A DNA stretch of 64,000 nucleotides, taken from positions 5,010 to 69,009 of the forward strand of contig CANJLI010000001.1 in the NCBI GenBank assembly GCA_947475005.1. Reading direction: 5' to 3'. Below are positions 48,733-59,160 of the stretch, in pieces; positions within the stretch are counted from its first letter, which is position 1; each line of letters starts with the position of its first letter. The position numbers and the translations under genes are program-made. Under the pieces are notes generated by a model. The model did not search any database, had not been told where the DNA came from, and saw nothing but the letters and a program-made list of their open reading frames with translations. The DNA comes from Deltaproteobacteria bacterium (GTDB lineage: Bacteria; Bdellovibrionota_B; Oligoflexia; Oligoflexales; Bog-1112).

Positions 48733-49611
48733 ATGGGTACATATCTTCTTTTACAGCTGGTTAAAATACTCCCCCAAAATCTGATGAGCCATCTCACAGG
48801 TCTACTGGTGGAGCTACGCATCCCTCATCCTTATTGGGCCAAAAAGGCGCGAGAATGGTTTGTCTCCTTCTTTGGGATCAATATGGCAGAAGCCGAGCAT
48901 CCCCTCGATGAATACTCAACCATCCAATCCGTGTTTACACGTCGACTGAAGCCCGGTATTCGGCCCATTCAGGGCCCATTCTGTTCTCCAGCAGACGGCA
49001 TGTTTACCCGATCAGGCCCTGTAACCACAGCAAGCATACTGCCAGCCAAGGCACATAGCTACTCCACCGGAGAGTTGGTCTATGGGGATCCTGCCCATGC
49101 AGCCCCCTTTGCCGTTGGGTGGTCGTGCACCGTGTATTTGGCACCGCATAATTATCACCGGGTGCATGCGCCGGTATCCGGCACACTGAAAGCCATTCGA
49201 TATATCCCAGGCAAGCTATGGCCAGTGGCACCCTTCTTTGCGAAACACTTGCCTCGCCTATTTGTAGAAAATGAACGCGTGGTCTTCGACATAAAAACAG
49301 ACAGAGGCTGGGCGTATGTAGTGATGGTCGGTGCCCTCAATGTAGGGAAAATCACCCCTGCACACATCGATCCACCTTTCTATAGCAACAGCGCAGATCG
49401 ACTCCTACAGGTGCCGCCGGTAACGACAGTTACCTGCTCACACAAGATCCAAATTGGCGATGAACTCGGTACCTTTATGTTGGGATCCACAGTAATTGTA
49501 TTGCTCTCTAGTAAAGAGATGGAAGAATATCCAGCTTCCATTTTATCCCCGGCTCATCCAATTCCTGTACAACTGGGAACGAGTCTTTTAACGGAGGCCC
49601 CCCAACCATGA
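48733..49611 (+). CDS. psd: Phosphatidylserine decarboxylase proenzyme
   Basis: FTRRLKPG.RP, SPADG, YLAP.NYHRVH.P, NERV, F.LGSTV autocleavage motif. Confidence 0.94.
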   Translation: MGTYLLLQLVKILPQNLMSHLTGLLVELRIPHPYWAKKAREWFVSFFGINMAEAEHPLDEYSTIQSVFTRRLKPGIRPIQGPFCSPADGMFTRSGPVTTASILPAKAHSYSTGELVYGDPAHAAPFAVGWSCTVYLAPHNYHRVHAPVSGTLKAIRYIPGKLWPVAPFFAKHLPRLFVENERVVFDIKTDRGWAYVVMVGALNVGKITPAHIDPPFYSNSADRLLQVPPVTTVTCSHKIQIGDELGTFMLGSTVIVLLSSKEMEEYPASILSPAHPIPVQLGTSLLTEAPQP

Positions 49612-51032
49612 AGCTCCTACAACGCAAAACCAAAGTCATCTGGTCCTTAAGCAGCAGCCGCTTAGAAGACTCTCTGAGCGCAAACTTACAAGAAAAAGAC
49701 ATCGGAGCCCTCAGCCTGTTGTATGCACCGAGCGCACATGCAGAAACCCTCGCATTTTTAGAAAAGCAAGGCGCCCACACCCCTACATCCAACGAGCAGA
49801 AGGACATCCCCCTTCTACTCGATTTTGGTTCCCATCCTGTGGTCACTCTCACCTCGCTGCCAGAGCCTCGCACAGTAACTGCAGGAGAAGAGATTCATCT
49901 GGTACGCCAAACACCGGCCCGTGAGGATGAAATCCAAGTGGACTGTGAAGAATGGGATCTGTTCTTCGTCGCAGGTGGCCAAATCTATCTTGGAGATGGT
50001 TCTGTCGTCTTATCGATTGTAAAGGCAGAAAAAGAGCGTGTAAAAGCGAAGGTTCTCCATGAAGGGCTCCTACGAGCCGGGGAACAGTTACATAACCTCG
50101 ATTTTTTTACTTCCCATCAAAATCTTTTTCTTTCTACCCTCTCTACGCTACCCCTCGACGCCGTGGATTATCTGATCTTGCCAGCAACTCTAGAAGTGGC
50201 CCAGATCCAAGAAATTCAAACCCAACTGGAAAAATACGGAGCACAAGCCCCTTGGATTTTGCTTCGCATCGCCTCCCAAGAGTCTTTTCAGCACCTAGAG
50301 ACCTCTCTGCCATGGGTGAAGGGAGTGGTGATTTCACGGCTCCACCTTGCACTTACGGGCAATGCTGCAAGTGTGCCGATCTTAACAAAACGCATCACCC
50401 AGCTGTGCAATGAACATGCAAAAATTGTGATTGTGGCCTGTGAAATGCTAGCATCCATGAGAGACAAGCCCACGCCGACACGCGCTGAGGTTTCCGATAT
50501 TGCCAATGCGGTAATCGACGGTGTGGATGCAGTAACCCTCGCAGAAGAACTCATCGCAGGGGCCTACGAAGACCGTGCTCTCCAGGTTTGTAACCTCATC
50601 ATCGAGGATCTAGAAGAACAAGAAGAAATCCAAATTAATTGGCGCAAGAAAGAGCTACCGATTCTCAACGTATTGGATGCCGTCTCGCTTCATTCCTACC
50701 AAACCGCATTACGCGTAAAAGCAAAAGCGATCATCTGCATCACCCAACAGGGCAATACAGCTTTGCGACTCGCAAGCTTTCGCCCCCACATTCCCATTCT
50801 TGCCGTTACATTTTGTCAATCGATCAAGCGCAAGCTCTCGTTGATTCGAGGTGTAACTGCGGTCAGCCTCGATGGATCCCCCAATTTGGATACCGTGCTA
50901 CCGAGTATGCAGATCTTACTGCGAGAAGATAAAAGATTTGTCTCAGGCGACAAGATCGTCTTTGTCTCCGTATCTATTTCTTCCATGGGCACCGAATCCA
51001 GCAATCTCTTTACTGTGCAGGAAATTGAGTAG
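49608..51032 (+). CDS. pyk: Pyruvate kinase-like protein with degenerate active site
   Basis: RKTK start, PTRAEVSDIANAVIDGVDAV and C domain retained; AKIE, ARGDL and ATQM motifs altered. Confidence 0.75.
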   Translation: MKLLQRKTKVIWSLSSSRLEDSLSANLQEKDIGALSLLYAPSAHAETLAFLEKQGAHTPTSNEQKDIPLLLDFGSHPVVTLTSLPEPRTVTAGEEIHLVRQTPAREDEIQVDCEEWDLFFVAGGQIYLGDGSVVLSIVKAEKERVKAKVLHEGLLRAGEQLHNLDFFTSHQNLFLSTLSTLPLDAVDYLILPATLEVAQIQEIQTQLEKYGAQAPWILLRIASQESFQHLETSLPWVKGVVISRLHLALTGNAASVPILTKRITQLCNEHAKIVIVACEMLASMRDKPTPTRAEVSDIANAVIDGVDAVTLAEELIAGAYEDRALQVCNLIIEDLEEQEEIQINWRKKELPILNVLDAVSLHSYQTALRVKAKAIICITQQGNTALRLASFRPHIPILAVTFCQSIKRKLSLIRGVTAVSLDGSPNLDTVLPSMQILLREDKRFVSGDKIVFVSVSISSMGTESSNLFTVQEIE

Positions 51033-52860
51033 GATCTTCTTTAGCTACGATATCTACATCCAAAGATATTTTTTCCGGCAGTTCTTCTAGCTGTGGAACT
51101 GTGCCGAATGATTTCTTCAAATGGTTAGCAATACTCAACACCTCCTCCTCACTCACATAGGCCCCTTGGGCACGAATGCTTCGCAATTGCCCTGGTTTTT
51201 GCAACAGCAAGTCTCCCTTACCCAATAGTTTTTCTGCGCCTTGGGCATCCAAAATGGTACGACTGTCATGCCGAGAAGCCACTCGAAAGGACACCCGAGA
51301 GGGGAAGTTGGCTTTGATCACACCGGTGATAACATCCACGGAAGGCCGTTGAGTTGCCACCACAATGTGGATTCCACTGGCTCGAGCTTTTTGAGCCAAG
51401 CGTTGAATTTGAACTTCGATCTGTCGAGAAGTCGAAAGCATCAGATCTGCCAACTCATCGATCACCACCAGTAGATACGGCAAAGGCCCATTGTCTTTGC
51501 CTCCCAGTTTTTTATCGAGATGCTCTTGGCTTCTTGCTGAGAGAGCGAGGACCTTTTCATTGAAGGATTCAATATTACGAACTTGGAGATTTTTCATCAG
51601 TGTATAGCGCCGCTCCATCTCGTCCACCATATCGGAGAGAGCTGCAACCGATTCTTCGGGATCTGAAATCACAGGACGCAGCAGATGGGGAATGCCTTCG
51701 TACAAAGCCAATTCCAATATTTTGGGATCGATGAGCAAGAGACGCACCTGCTCAGGGGGACATCGCACCAGAACACTACAAATAAGAGAGTTAATTGCGA
51801 TGGATTTTCCTGATCCCGTAGATCCTGCAATCAAAAGGTGGGGCATCTGTGCCAAATCTTCCACCAGAATTTCTCCCGATACGGATTTTCCCAAAAAGAA
51901 GGGCAAGCGAGCTTGCGTCTCTTCTCGAATCAAATCCCCCAATAACACGTTTTCTCGCAAGCGATTGGGGACCTGAATACCCAGAGCTTGCTTTGCTGGA
52001 ATGGCAGAGATTAAGACTGCATCTGCTTTCAAGGCAAGGGCTAGCTCATCGGCAACGCTGAGTACTTTTGCCTGTTTGGTACCATCGGTGGGACGGAACT
52101 CAAACACAGTAACCACAGGACCAATGATATATTCCGAAATGGTGCCTGTAATTTGAAAATCTTTGAGGGTCTTCAATAAGACTTCTTTAATTTGCAGGCA
52201 GAAACGATCTTGCTCTTTTAGATCTACCTTTTTTCCTTTTTTTAAGAGTGTAAACATCTTTGCCGAATAGGCAGCGAGAGGATCGAGGGGAAGCGGCTCC
52301 GGAGAAGACTTTAAAAAAGAAAGTAAAAACTTCAACCATCTCAAAGGGGGAAATGCCACATAACGCTCAATTTCAGCCGCATAGAAGAGCAAGCTCCCAA
52401 GCCAACCTCCCAGCATTACACACCAGAAGCCCACGAGAGAAAGATGGGCGCGCATCCATTGCACCCCCACATATCCATAAAGCCCTCCCGCTCGAATCGG
52501 ATATTGATGGATCAGTACCTCGACTATGAATCTTTCAGCAAGGAAACAACTGGTACTCAAGAAAATTAGAAGGAGACAGCCTCGATAGAGATAGACGAAG
52601 CGTCGAAGAAAGAGAAAGTAAAAAATGGAATACAGAAAAAGAGGGAGAAGGAAAGCACCTCCTCCCAAATAATAAAATGAAAATGCACTCAGATTTGCTC
52701 CCACCTGTCCCAGGGGATTGGTGAGGGGAAATGGAGGTTCTGAGAGGGAGTTAAAAGCAGGATCTTGAGGATGATAAAAGGCAAGACTTGTATAGTAGTA
52801 CAATACAAATCCAATAAACAATCCATGGACTATGAGATCGTAGAGTTTGGCGCGTTTCAT
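51010..52860 (-). CDS. ftsK: FtsK/SpoIIIE DNA translocase (apparently lacking the gamma domain)
   Basis: N-terminal TMs, GPVVT.FE, MPHLLIAGSTGSGKS, IDELADLM, ATQRPSVDVITG, GAEKLLGKGD; start set at MKRAK. Confidence 0.92.
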   Translation of the reverse strand: MKRAKLYDLIVHGLFIGFVLYYYTSLAFYHPQDPAFNSLSEPPFPLTNPLGQVGANLSAFSFYYLGGGAFLLPLFLYSIFYFLFLRRFVYLYRGCLLLIFLSTSCFLAERFIVEVLIHQYPIRAGGLYGYVGVQWMRAHLSLVGFWCVMLGGWLGSLLFYAAEIERYVAFPPLRWLKFLLSFLKSSPEPLPLDPLAAYSAKMFTLLKKGKKVDLKEQDRFCLQIKEVLLKTLKDFQITGTISEYIIGPVVTVFEFRPTDGTKQAKVLSVADELALALKADAVLISAIPAKQALGIQVPNRLRENVLLGDLIREETQARLPFFLGKSVSGEILVEDLAQMPHLLIAGSTGSGKSIAINSLICSVLVRCPPEQVRLLLIDPKILELALYEGIPHLLRPVISDPEESVAALSDMVDEMERRYTLMKNLQVRNIESFNEKVLALSARSQEHLDKKLGGKDNGPLPYLLVVIDELADLMLSTSRQIEVQIQRLAQKARASGIHIVVATQRPSVDVITGVIKANFPSRVSFRVASRHDSRTILDAQGAEKLLGKGDLLLQKPGQLRSIRAQGAYVSEEEVLSIANHLKKSFGTVPQLEELPEKISLDVDIVAKEDPTQFPAQ

Positions 52861-52904
52861 AGGGGTCCCCCTTAGCTTTAGCATACCATATTTTCTTTTC
52901 TTCT

Positions 52905-52938
52905 TTTTTTTGTGGAACCAGCTGCGCAGTTTTCCCAA
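52905..52938. repeat. Short relic of the MITE terminal repeat
   Basis: ttttgtggaaccagctgcgcagttttccc matches 40715-40725 joined to 40773-40791. Confidence 0.65.
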
Positions 52939-52954
52939 GAAAAGGAAAAGGAAA

Positions 52955-53929
52955 TTAAAACAAACTAGGTTGCTTTTCTGCATATAGAGGCTGAACCTGG
53001 GGAGCACATTTTCTAAACTCTTTGGCATATCGCAATGCGTAGGGTCCCACAAAGTAAATTTGCTCTGGATTCGTTTGCTTAAAAAGTTGACGGTATATTT
53101 TTTGACAAAAGAAAGAAAAATGAAAGATAGACTGCCCTGGGGAGTCCGTCCACTTGGCTCGATGATCATCCCGCACGATGGTGAGCAACGGTCGATTGAA
53201 TAGGTCCGTCTGTTTGCGAGAGGGCAAAAAAGGAGAGATCATCATAGCAGACTCCAGGGGAGGGGCCTGATAGATACTTTTTGAAATACCAAATTTTTCG
53301 TACACACGCTCCGCCCTTGCCAAAAGCGGATGCAAATGCATCGGCGTGGATTGCAGAGCAGGCACAGAAAGAAGGCGCTGAGGAAAATCCAGGAACGGGG
53401 TGACAATAAATGGCAAGCTCCCCCCTTCGATGGAGCGGGAGATCTGTAGCAGCAAACGATCCCACTCTGCCTCAAAATGAGCTTGGGTGCTTTTCGGATT
53501 GGCACAGAAGGCACCAACGATCACTTGCGAGACAGGGGGAAAGTCCAGGAGACTCGCAGGAGGGAGAAATCCAAGCTCAGGGAGGTAGAGAATCGAGCTG
53601 TTTTTTTGTCGAAGCAGCAAAGCGGCACTGCCAAAAGAGGCCCCCGTAGGAAGCAGCTCAAGAGATAGAGAACCGATAGAAAAAGGACGGTGGTATTGAC
53701 AGGACAAGGCATCCACCTCGGTTTGAAACAAACGCAGGAGGTGAATGGTCTCTTCGGTGGCAAGAATTTTACTTGTGATTTTTTTGAGCTGTGGGGGACA
53801 TCTGGAAAGAAAGGAAAGTTCTTTGCCCTGTTTGGCATCCAACCACAACAAAGTCCCATCGATATGCAAGCCATCTCGCGTAGCTTCCAGTAGAAAAGGC
53901 CTTGATGATTCGGTGACTCGGGGAAACAT
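52955..53929 (-). CDS. Degenerate MBL-fold/beta-CASP-like protein
   Basis: GLHI.GT.LWLDA...SFLS, ILATEET, LELLP.G...GSA.L, ILY strand order resembles MBL exonucleases; HxHxDH absent. Confidence 0.5.
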   Translation of the reverse strand: MFPRVTESSRPFLLEATRDGLHIDGTLLWLDAKQGKELSFLSRCPPQLKKITSKILATEETIHLLRLFQTEVDALSCQYHRPFSIGSLSLELLPTGASFGSAALLLRQKNSSILYLPELGFLPPASLLDFPPVSQVIVGAFCANPKSTQAHFEAEWDRLLLQISRSIEGGSLPFIVTPFLDFPQRLLSVPALQSTPMHLHPLLARAERVYEKFGISKSIYQAPPLESAMMISPFLPSRKQTDLFNRPLLTIVRDDHRAKWTDSPGQSIFHFSFFCQKIYRQLFKQTNPEQIYFVGPYALRYAKEFRKCAPQVQPLYAEKQPSLF

Positions 53930-54093
53930 GGGCGCTCTTTCTTCCGCGATTCCAGTCTGAGAGGATGCGAGGTCAGTATAGAGTACCACTCAAGCGGCCG
54001 CAATCATTCTCCGTCTTTAGAGTTGACTATTCAGGCCCTCTCGACTCAAAATCCTGCTTGGTTCATCTTCTTTCTTTGAGCACAGGAACTGCA

Positions 54094-55071
54094 ATGATTA
54101 AAATCGCAATCACAGGTGCCGCAGGGCAAATTGGGTATAGTCTCCTTTTTCGATTGGCTTCAGGCGAAGTTTTTGGGCCCAAGGTAAAGGTAAAGCTTCA
54201 TCTCTTAGAACTCCCAGATGCGCTCAAAGCCGCTGAGGGCTTAGCAATGGAGCTGGAAGACTGCGCATTCCCCACGTTGGCCGGAGTCGAATGCTTTGAC
54301 CAAGCAGAGGACGCCTTCTCTGGGGTGAATTGGGCACTCTTGGTGGGCTCCAAACCGCGCGGCCCAGGCATGGAGCGCAGCGATCTCATTCGTGCGAATG
54401 CACCCATTTTTGTGCGCCAGGGCAAAGCCTTGGCACGGGCGGCCTCGAATGTTCGCATCGCGGTTGTGGGAAATCCTTGCAATACCAATGCATTAATTGC
54501 GCAACACCACTGCAAAGACATACCTGCCACTCGATTCTCTGCCATGACCATGCTAGACGAAAACCGGGGCAAGGCCTTGCTGGCAAAGAAACTTGGACTG
54601 CAGGTGGAGGAGGTCAGCAACCTAATCGTGTGGGGCAACCACAGCCCTACCATGTACCCTGACTTTGAAAATGCCCTAGTGGGAGGCAAACCCGTCGAGC
54701 AAATTTGTAAAGATCGAAAATGGTTGGAAACAGAGTACCTCACCCAGGTACAACAACGCGGGACTGCCATCATCAACGCTCGAGGCAAGTCCTCTGCGGC
54801 TTCCGCAGCCTCCGCATGCATCGATCACATCCGGCGTTTCAACGAGCCTACTCCCACAGGGGAATGCTTTTCTGCTGCGGTAGCCAGCAATGGGGAACAC
54901 TACGGGATTCCAAAAGGACTGATTTTCTCCTTTCCTCTTCGCACGTTAGCGAATGGAACCTATGAAATTGTGCCCAATATGCCGGTCTCTGCATTCGCAA
55001 GGGAGAAGTTAAAGATCACTGCCGACGAGCTGCTAAAAGAGCGGGAGTTTGTGCAAGACCAACTTCTCTAA
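54094..55071 (+). CDS. mdh: Malate dehydrogenase (type 2, cytosolic-like)
   Basis: [42 protein letters not shown]. Confidence 0.96.
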   Translation: MIKIAITGAAGQIGYSLLFRLASGEVFGPKVKVKLHLLELPDALKAAEGLAMELEDCAFPTLAGVECFDQAEDAFSGVNWALLVGSKPRGPGMERSDLIRANAPIFVRQGKALARAASNVRIAVVGNPCNTNALIAQHHCKDIPATRFSAMTMLDENRGKALLAKKLGLQVEEVSNLIVWGNHSPTMYPDFENALVGGKPVEQICKDRKWLETEYLTQVQQRGTAIINARGKSSAASAASACIDHIRRFNEPTPTGECFSAAVASNGEHYGIPKGLIFSFPLRTLANGTYEIVPNMPVSAFAREKLKITADELLKEREFVQDQLL

Positions 55072-55154
55072 GGATTTTTCTTTTTCGCCTTATAAGGGAC
55101 AAAAGAAAAGGTTCCCATTTTTCTACAATCCTGGTACCGTGGCTCCTCTGAATC

Positions 55155-55244
55155 GGAGAGATGGCTGAGTGGCCGAAAGCACTTCCTTGCTAAGGAAGCG
55201 AGTGGGTAACTGCTCCGTGGGTTCAAATCCCACTCTCTCCGCCA
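55155..55244 (+). tRNA. tRNA-Ser (GCT)
   Basis: GGAGAGA stem, CTTCC-TTGCTAA-GGAAG, long variable arm, GGTTCAAATCC, CCA. Confidence 0.95.
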
Positions 55245-55267
55245 TCAGTATTTCGAGATTTTCTTTT

Positions 55268-55355
55268 GGAGAGATGGCCGAGTGGTTTAAGGCGGCGGTC
55301 TTGAAAACCGTTGTGGGGCAACTCACCGGGGGTTCGAATCCCTCTCTCTCCGCCA
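55268..55355 (+). tRNA. tRNA-Ser (TGA)
   Basis: GCGGT-CTTGAAA-ACCGT anticodon arm, long variable arm, GGTTCGAATCC, CCA. Confidence 0.95.
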
Positions 55356-55411
55356 AGAAAATCCCTTGCTTTTTTGTCCTTTGGGACATAGGTTCACTTT
55401 TCTTCTTTCAT

Positions 55412-55488
55412 GCACCCGTGGCTCAGTTGGATAGAGCACCAGACTACGAATCTGGGGGTCGGAGGTTCGAATCCTTCCGGGTGCACCA
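55412..55488 (+). tRNA. tRNA-Arg (ACG)
   Basis: GCACCCG stem, CCAGA-CTACGAA-TCTGG, GGTTCGAATCC, CCA. Confidence 0.95.
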
Positions 55489-55517
55489 TTTCTTCTTCAA
55501 AATCAAGCTATTACAAT

Positions 55518-56210
55518 ATGCAAAATCCCTTCGAATTAGAAAAAATAAATCCAGATATCGTCTTCGATATGGCACATACAGCCAGGGAAAAAACCTGGGA
55601 AGCCGTAGAAGCCATCAAGAGCTTCATTCGACCCGGGATGACGGAAAAAGAAGCAATCCAGAAAGCCAACGCCTACTTTGCCAGTCAAGGGGTCAAAAAA
55701 TTTTGGCACAAAACCCACATTCGTTTTGGTGAATCCACGGTATTGAGCTTTAACGACCCCTACCGCGAGCATGTAGTCCTCCAAGAAACCGATATTTTCT
55801 ATATCGACATTGGCCCCGTGTGGGATGGCGTGGAAGGCGATTGCGGGGATACGTTTGTCATGGGAGAAAATCCCGAGTTTACCCGCATCAAAGCCGATGT
55901 CAAAACCATCTTTGAACAAACCCGAGACTACTGGAGAGCCCAAAAACCTTCTGGAGTTGAGCTCTATCAGTATGCCCAGGACCAAACGGAAAAAATGGGG
56001 TACCTGCTACATCCTGCTTACGTCAAAGGGCACCGACTGTCGGAATTTCCCCACTTTGCGTACACCAAGATTGGCACAGGGGATTTAGAATTTTCCCCAG
56101 CACCGGATCGATGGATTTTGGAATTTCAGATCTGTGACAGGTCTATGAAGTTTGGCGCATTCTACGAAGATTTGTTGGATGAAAAGAGCTCCCTAGGTCC
56201 CCCAATGTAA
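55518..56210 (+). CDS. M24 family metallopeptidase (catalytic domain only)
   Basis: IRPGMTE, IDIGP...EGDCGDT, GHRL, ILE metal-ligand pattern. Confidence 0.85.
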   Translation: MQNPFELEKINPDIVFDMAHTAREKTWEAVEAIKSFIRPGMTEKEAIQKANAYFASQGVKKFWHKTHIRFGESTVLSFNDPYREHVVLQETDIFYIDIGPVWDGVEGDCGDTFVMGENPEFTRIKADVKTIFEQTRDYWRAQKPSGVELYQYAQDQTEKMGYLLHPAYVKGHRLSEFPHFAYTKIGTGDLEFSPAPDRWILEFQICDRSMKFGAFYEDLLDEKSSLGPPM

Positions 56211-56449
56211 TTTCTGTCATCCCAAGGCTGCGTACACCACCCCCGTCATCCCAAGGCTGCGTAGCAGCCGTATGGGATCTCGATAAAAACGCAGGGATCC
56301 CATACGGTCCCTTCGGGACCTTGGGATGACAGGGGTGGTGTACGCAGCCTTGGGATGACAGGGGTGGTGTACGCAGCCTTGGGATGACAGGGGTGGTGTA
56401 CGCAGCCTTGGGATGACAGGGGTGGTGTACGCAGCCTTGGGATGACAGG
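56191..56449. repeat. Family B REP with four 29-bp tandem copies on the right and an inverted copy plus tail on the left
   Basis: CCTTGGGATGACAGGGGTGGTGTACGCAG at 56319, 56348, 56377 and 56406, partial at 56435; inverted copy at 56216-56244. Confidence 0.92.
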
Positions 56450-56453
56450 ACGG

Positions 56454-57179
56454 CTAGCCCATCAGCTCGTACAAGAAAATCCCCGTTGCCACAGAGACAT
56501 TGAGTGAATCGAGTTTCGCAGAGGGCGTGGGGATTTTGGCCATGGCGTCACAGTTTCTGCGCACCAGATTGGCAAGGCCCGTTCCCTCATTCCCCATCAC
56601 CAAGACTCGTTTATCAAATTGCTTTGACACCTTCTCGATAGGCTCCCCTTGCATATCGGTTCCTACGATCCAGTAGCCCTGTTCCTTGAGCTTCTTTAAC
56701 GTGCGCACGAGATTCGTCACGGTATAGAGATCCGTCACAGCAAAGGCCCCCTGGGAGGTCTTGATGGAAGCGGGCGTAAGGAGCACCTGCCTGCGATCGG
56801 GAGCCAGGATATGCTGCACCCCAAAGAAAGCAGCGCTACGCGCAATGGCACCCAAGTTATGGGGATCTTGTAAGTGGTCGAGAGCCAGAATCGTAGCCGG
56901 CATTGTGGTTGCCACGGAGGTATAGAGATCGGTCTCGTCCAGAGAGGTGATATTCACCGTAGCCCAGATAGCCCGATTTTTGCCTTGGGCCTGCTCCTTG
57001 GATACAGCTTTGGTGGGGATAGTTTTGATCCATGGGTTCAAAGACCCTGGCAAAGCCTCTTGGTGGTAGAGACAGGTAATGGCTTGGGGACGATGACGAA
57101 GGTATTCCATAACAGCGGAAAGACCTTCAATTTCATAGGTATCGGTCTCTCGAGGGAAGCGAGGGCTCATGGGGTTCAA
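56454..57179 (-). CDS. rlmB: TrmH/SpoU family RNA methyltransferase (RlmB-like)
   Basis: LDHLQDPHNLGAIARSA, VMGNEG.GL, SLNVSVA.GI.LYE. Confidence 0.85.
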   Translation of the reverse strand: MNPMSPRFPRETDTYEIEGLSAVMEYLRHRPQAITCLYHQEALPGSLNPWIKTIPTKAVSKEQAQGKNRAIWATVNITSLDETDLYTSVATTMPATILALDHLQDPHNLGAIARSAAFFGVQHILAPDRRQVLLTPASIKTSQGAFAVTDLYTVTNLVRTLKKLKEQGYWIVGTDMQGEPIEKVSKQFDKRVLVMGNEGTGLANLVRRNCDAMAKIPTPSAKLDSLNVSVATGIFLYELMG

Positions 57180-57183
57180 CCTT

Positions 57184-59160
57184 TTATAGTGACTCTGCTA
57201 ATAGTTCTGCAATGTCTTTTACTACAACGTTTTCTCCTTTGCCAGTGGCTTGTACCCCGTCTCGCACCATGGTCATACAGAAAGGACAGGCTGTAGCCAC
57301 CACTTGGGCTCCCGTATCGACGGCTTCCTGCGCACGGTTGACGTTGATGCGCTCCCCGATGGTCTCCTCCATCCACATGCGAGCCCCTCCGGCCCCACAG
57401 CAGAATCCCTTCTCCTTATTACGAGGCATTTCCACTATATTTTTGTGGGTGCTCGCAATGGTTTCCCGAGGAGAGGCGTATTCGTCGTTGTGACGACCTA
57501 AGTAGCAGGAGTCGTGATAGGTCACAGTTTGCTCAGAAGTTTGGGTAGGGGCAATGCGTTTGTCCTTGACCAAATCGGCAAGCAATTGTGAGTGATGCAT
57601 GACTTCGACTTTGTAATCAAAATCAGGATACTCGTTCTTAAATGTATTGAAACAATGTGGACATGCTGTAACCACTTTCTTGAAGTCATATTTTTTCAAG
57701 GTTTCAATGTTGCCTCGAATCTGCATGTCAGCTAGGTATTCATTTCCAGAACGTCGTGCAATATCTCCATTGCAACGCTCCTCGGTGCCAAGGATGGCAA
57801 AATCCACATTCGCTTTTTTTAGAATCGAGGTGAAATCTCGGCTCACCTTTTTATACCGTTCATCAAAGGAACCTGCACATCCTACCCAGAACAAGTAATC
57901 TACGGATTTCTTCTCTGCTAGAATCGGAACCTCTAGATCTTTGGCCCAGTCTGCTCGTTGGGAATTTGTGAATCCCCACGGATTGCTTTGGTTTTCTACC
58001 TTTGCCAGAGTGGCTTGCAGCTCAGAGGGCATATTTCCCTCTGTAAGCGTCAGATAACGACGCATGTCCATGATCGCAGGAATGTGCTCGATGCCCAGAG
58101 GACAAGCTTGCATGCAAGCGCCACAGGTGGTGCAACTCCATAGCTCATCCGGATGCACGAGGCCTTGTTCACCGATCAGAGGGATCGCAGGTTTCTCGGG
58201 AGTCTGCAGTTGCCCAAACGCATCTTTCAAGTGATGGATCATCTTACGTGGATCCAAGGGCTTGCCCGTTGCTGTAGCAGGACACACTGCCGTACAGCGA
58301 CCACACTCTACACATGAAATACCATCGAGATATTGTTTCCAGGTAAATCCGTCTGCTTGCCCCACACCAAAGGACTCTGCATCTTCTGCAAATTCCATGG
58401 GACGCAACCGACCGCTCCCTTTTGCGGATTGAAAGAGCAGATTGGGCCAGACCCAGATCAAATGTTGGTGCTTAGAAAAAGGAAGGAAAGCCACAAAGCC
58501 ACACAGTGTAGCTACATGCCACCACCACAAGCCCTGGGCTGCAACTGCCCAGCTCTCGGGGGTCTGCATCGGGAGCCAATTGGTGAGCCAGAAGGAAATG
58601 GGCACCAGCGTAGACTCGATGCCTTCTGCGCCTGCAAGGTGGGCACGACATCCGAGTACCATCAGCGCACTAACAACCAAACTCAGAATAAAACTCAGCA
58701 CGAGCATGGCGTCCTGTTTGGCAGCGCGAGAAAGGGAAACAAGACGAGGGGGCGGAAAAAAGAGCCTGCGTGAAAAAGCGAAGAGAATGGCGACAGCCAC
58801 CATTGCATTGCCGAGTTCTTGGAGATGCAGGAAAGAGGCGTATAAAAATCCAGTGCCAAGCAACATCCCAAAGTCTACACTCAAGAATCCTTGGAGAAAA
58901 GTCTCAAGGGTACCCAAACTGACGAGCAAAAATCCCCAAAAAATACCGGCGTGCATGACCCCTGCCACAGGATCTTGGAACATCTTGCGTTGAAGCAATC
59001 CTCCCACCACCATATTACCCAACTGCGGGGGGCGAGCTTCTTCCTTGCCTTTTGCAAGGGTGTGCAGCTGTTTCCAGGTACGTTGGAGGCGGTAGGCAAA
59101 GAAACCAAAGGCCGGTACTACAAGAAGTCCAAATACAATTCGCCCCAACCACTCATTCAT
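57184..59160 (-). CDS. Membrane Fe-S oxidoreductase, FadF/HdrD-like
   Basis: N-terminal TMs, CVECGRCTAVCP and CTTCGACMQACP, two CCG-type domains. Confidence 0.9.
   Translation of the reverse strand: MNEWLGRIVFGLLVVPAFGFFAYRLQRTWKQLHTLAKGKEEARPPQLGNMVVGGLLQRKMFQDPVAGVMHAGIFWGFLLVSLGTLETFLQGFLSVDFGMLLGTGFLYASFLHLQELGNAMVAVAILFAFSRRLFFPPPRLVSLSRAAKQDAMLVLSFILSLVVSALMVLGCRAHLAGAEGIESTLVPISFWLTNWLPMQTPESWAVAAQGLWWWHVATLCGFVAFLPFSKHQHLIWVWPNLLFQSAKGSGRLRPMEFAEDAESFGVGQADGFTWKQYLDGISCVECGRCTAVCPATATGKPLDPRKMIHHLKDAFGQLQTPEKPAIPLIGEQGLVHPDELWSCTTCGACMQACPLGIEHIPAIMDMRRYLTLTEGNMPSELQATLAKVENQSNPWGFTNSQRADWAKDLEVPILAEKKSVDYLFWVGCAGSFDERYKKVSRDFTSILKKANVDFAILGTEERCNGDIARRSGNEYLADMQIRGNIETLKKYDFKKVVTACPHCFNTFKNEYPDFDYKVEVMHHSQLLADLVKDKRIAPTQTSEQTVTYHDSCYLGRHNDEYASPRETIASTHKNIVEMPRNKEKGFCCGAGGARMWMEETIGERINVNRAQEAVDTGAQVVATACPFCMTMVRDGVQATGKGENVVVKDIAELLAESL

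Noticed and set aside
52861-53169. 103-aa N-terminal extension of FtsK in the ORF track
   Set aside because: It overlaps the upstream gene and a repeat relic; MKRAK at 52860 directly precedes the first TM segment.
55123-55517. ORFs 55123-55389, 55169-55732 and the 5' extension of 55410-56210
   Set aside because: They overlap three tRNA genes.
56319-56449. Possible CRISPR array of 29-bp repeats
   Set aside because: No spacers; REP-derived tandem repeat.
56193-56457. CTAG on both sides of the family B cluster as a target-site duplication
   Set aside because: Not seen on both flanks of the other family B copies; the right CTAG is simply the rlmB stop codon.
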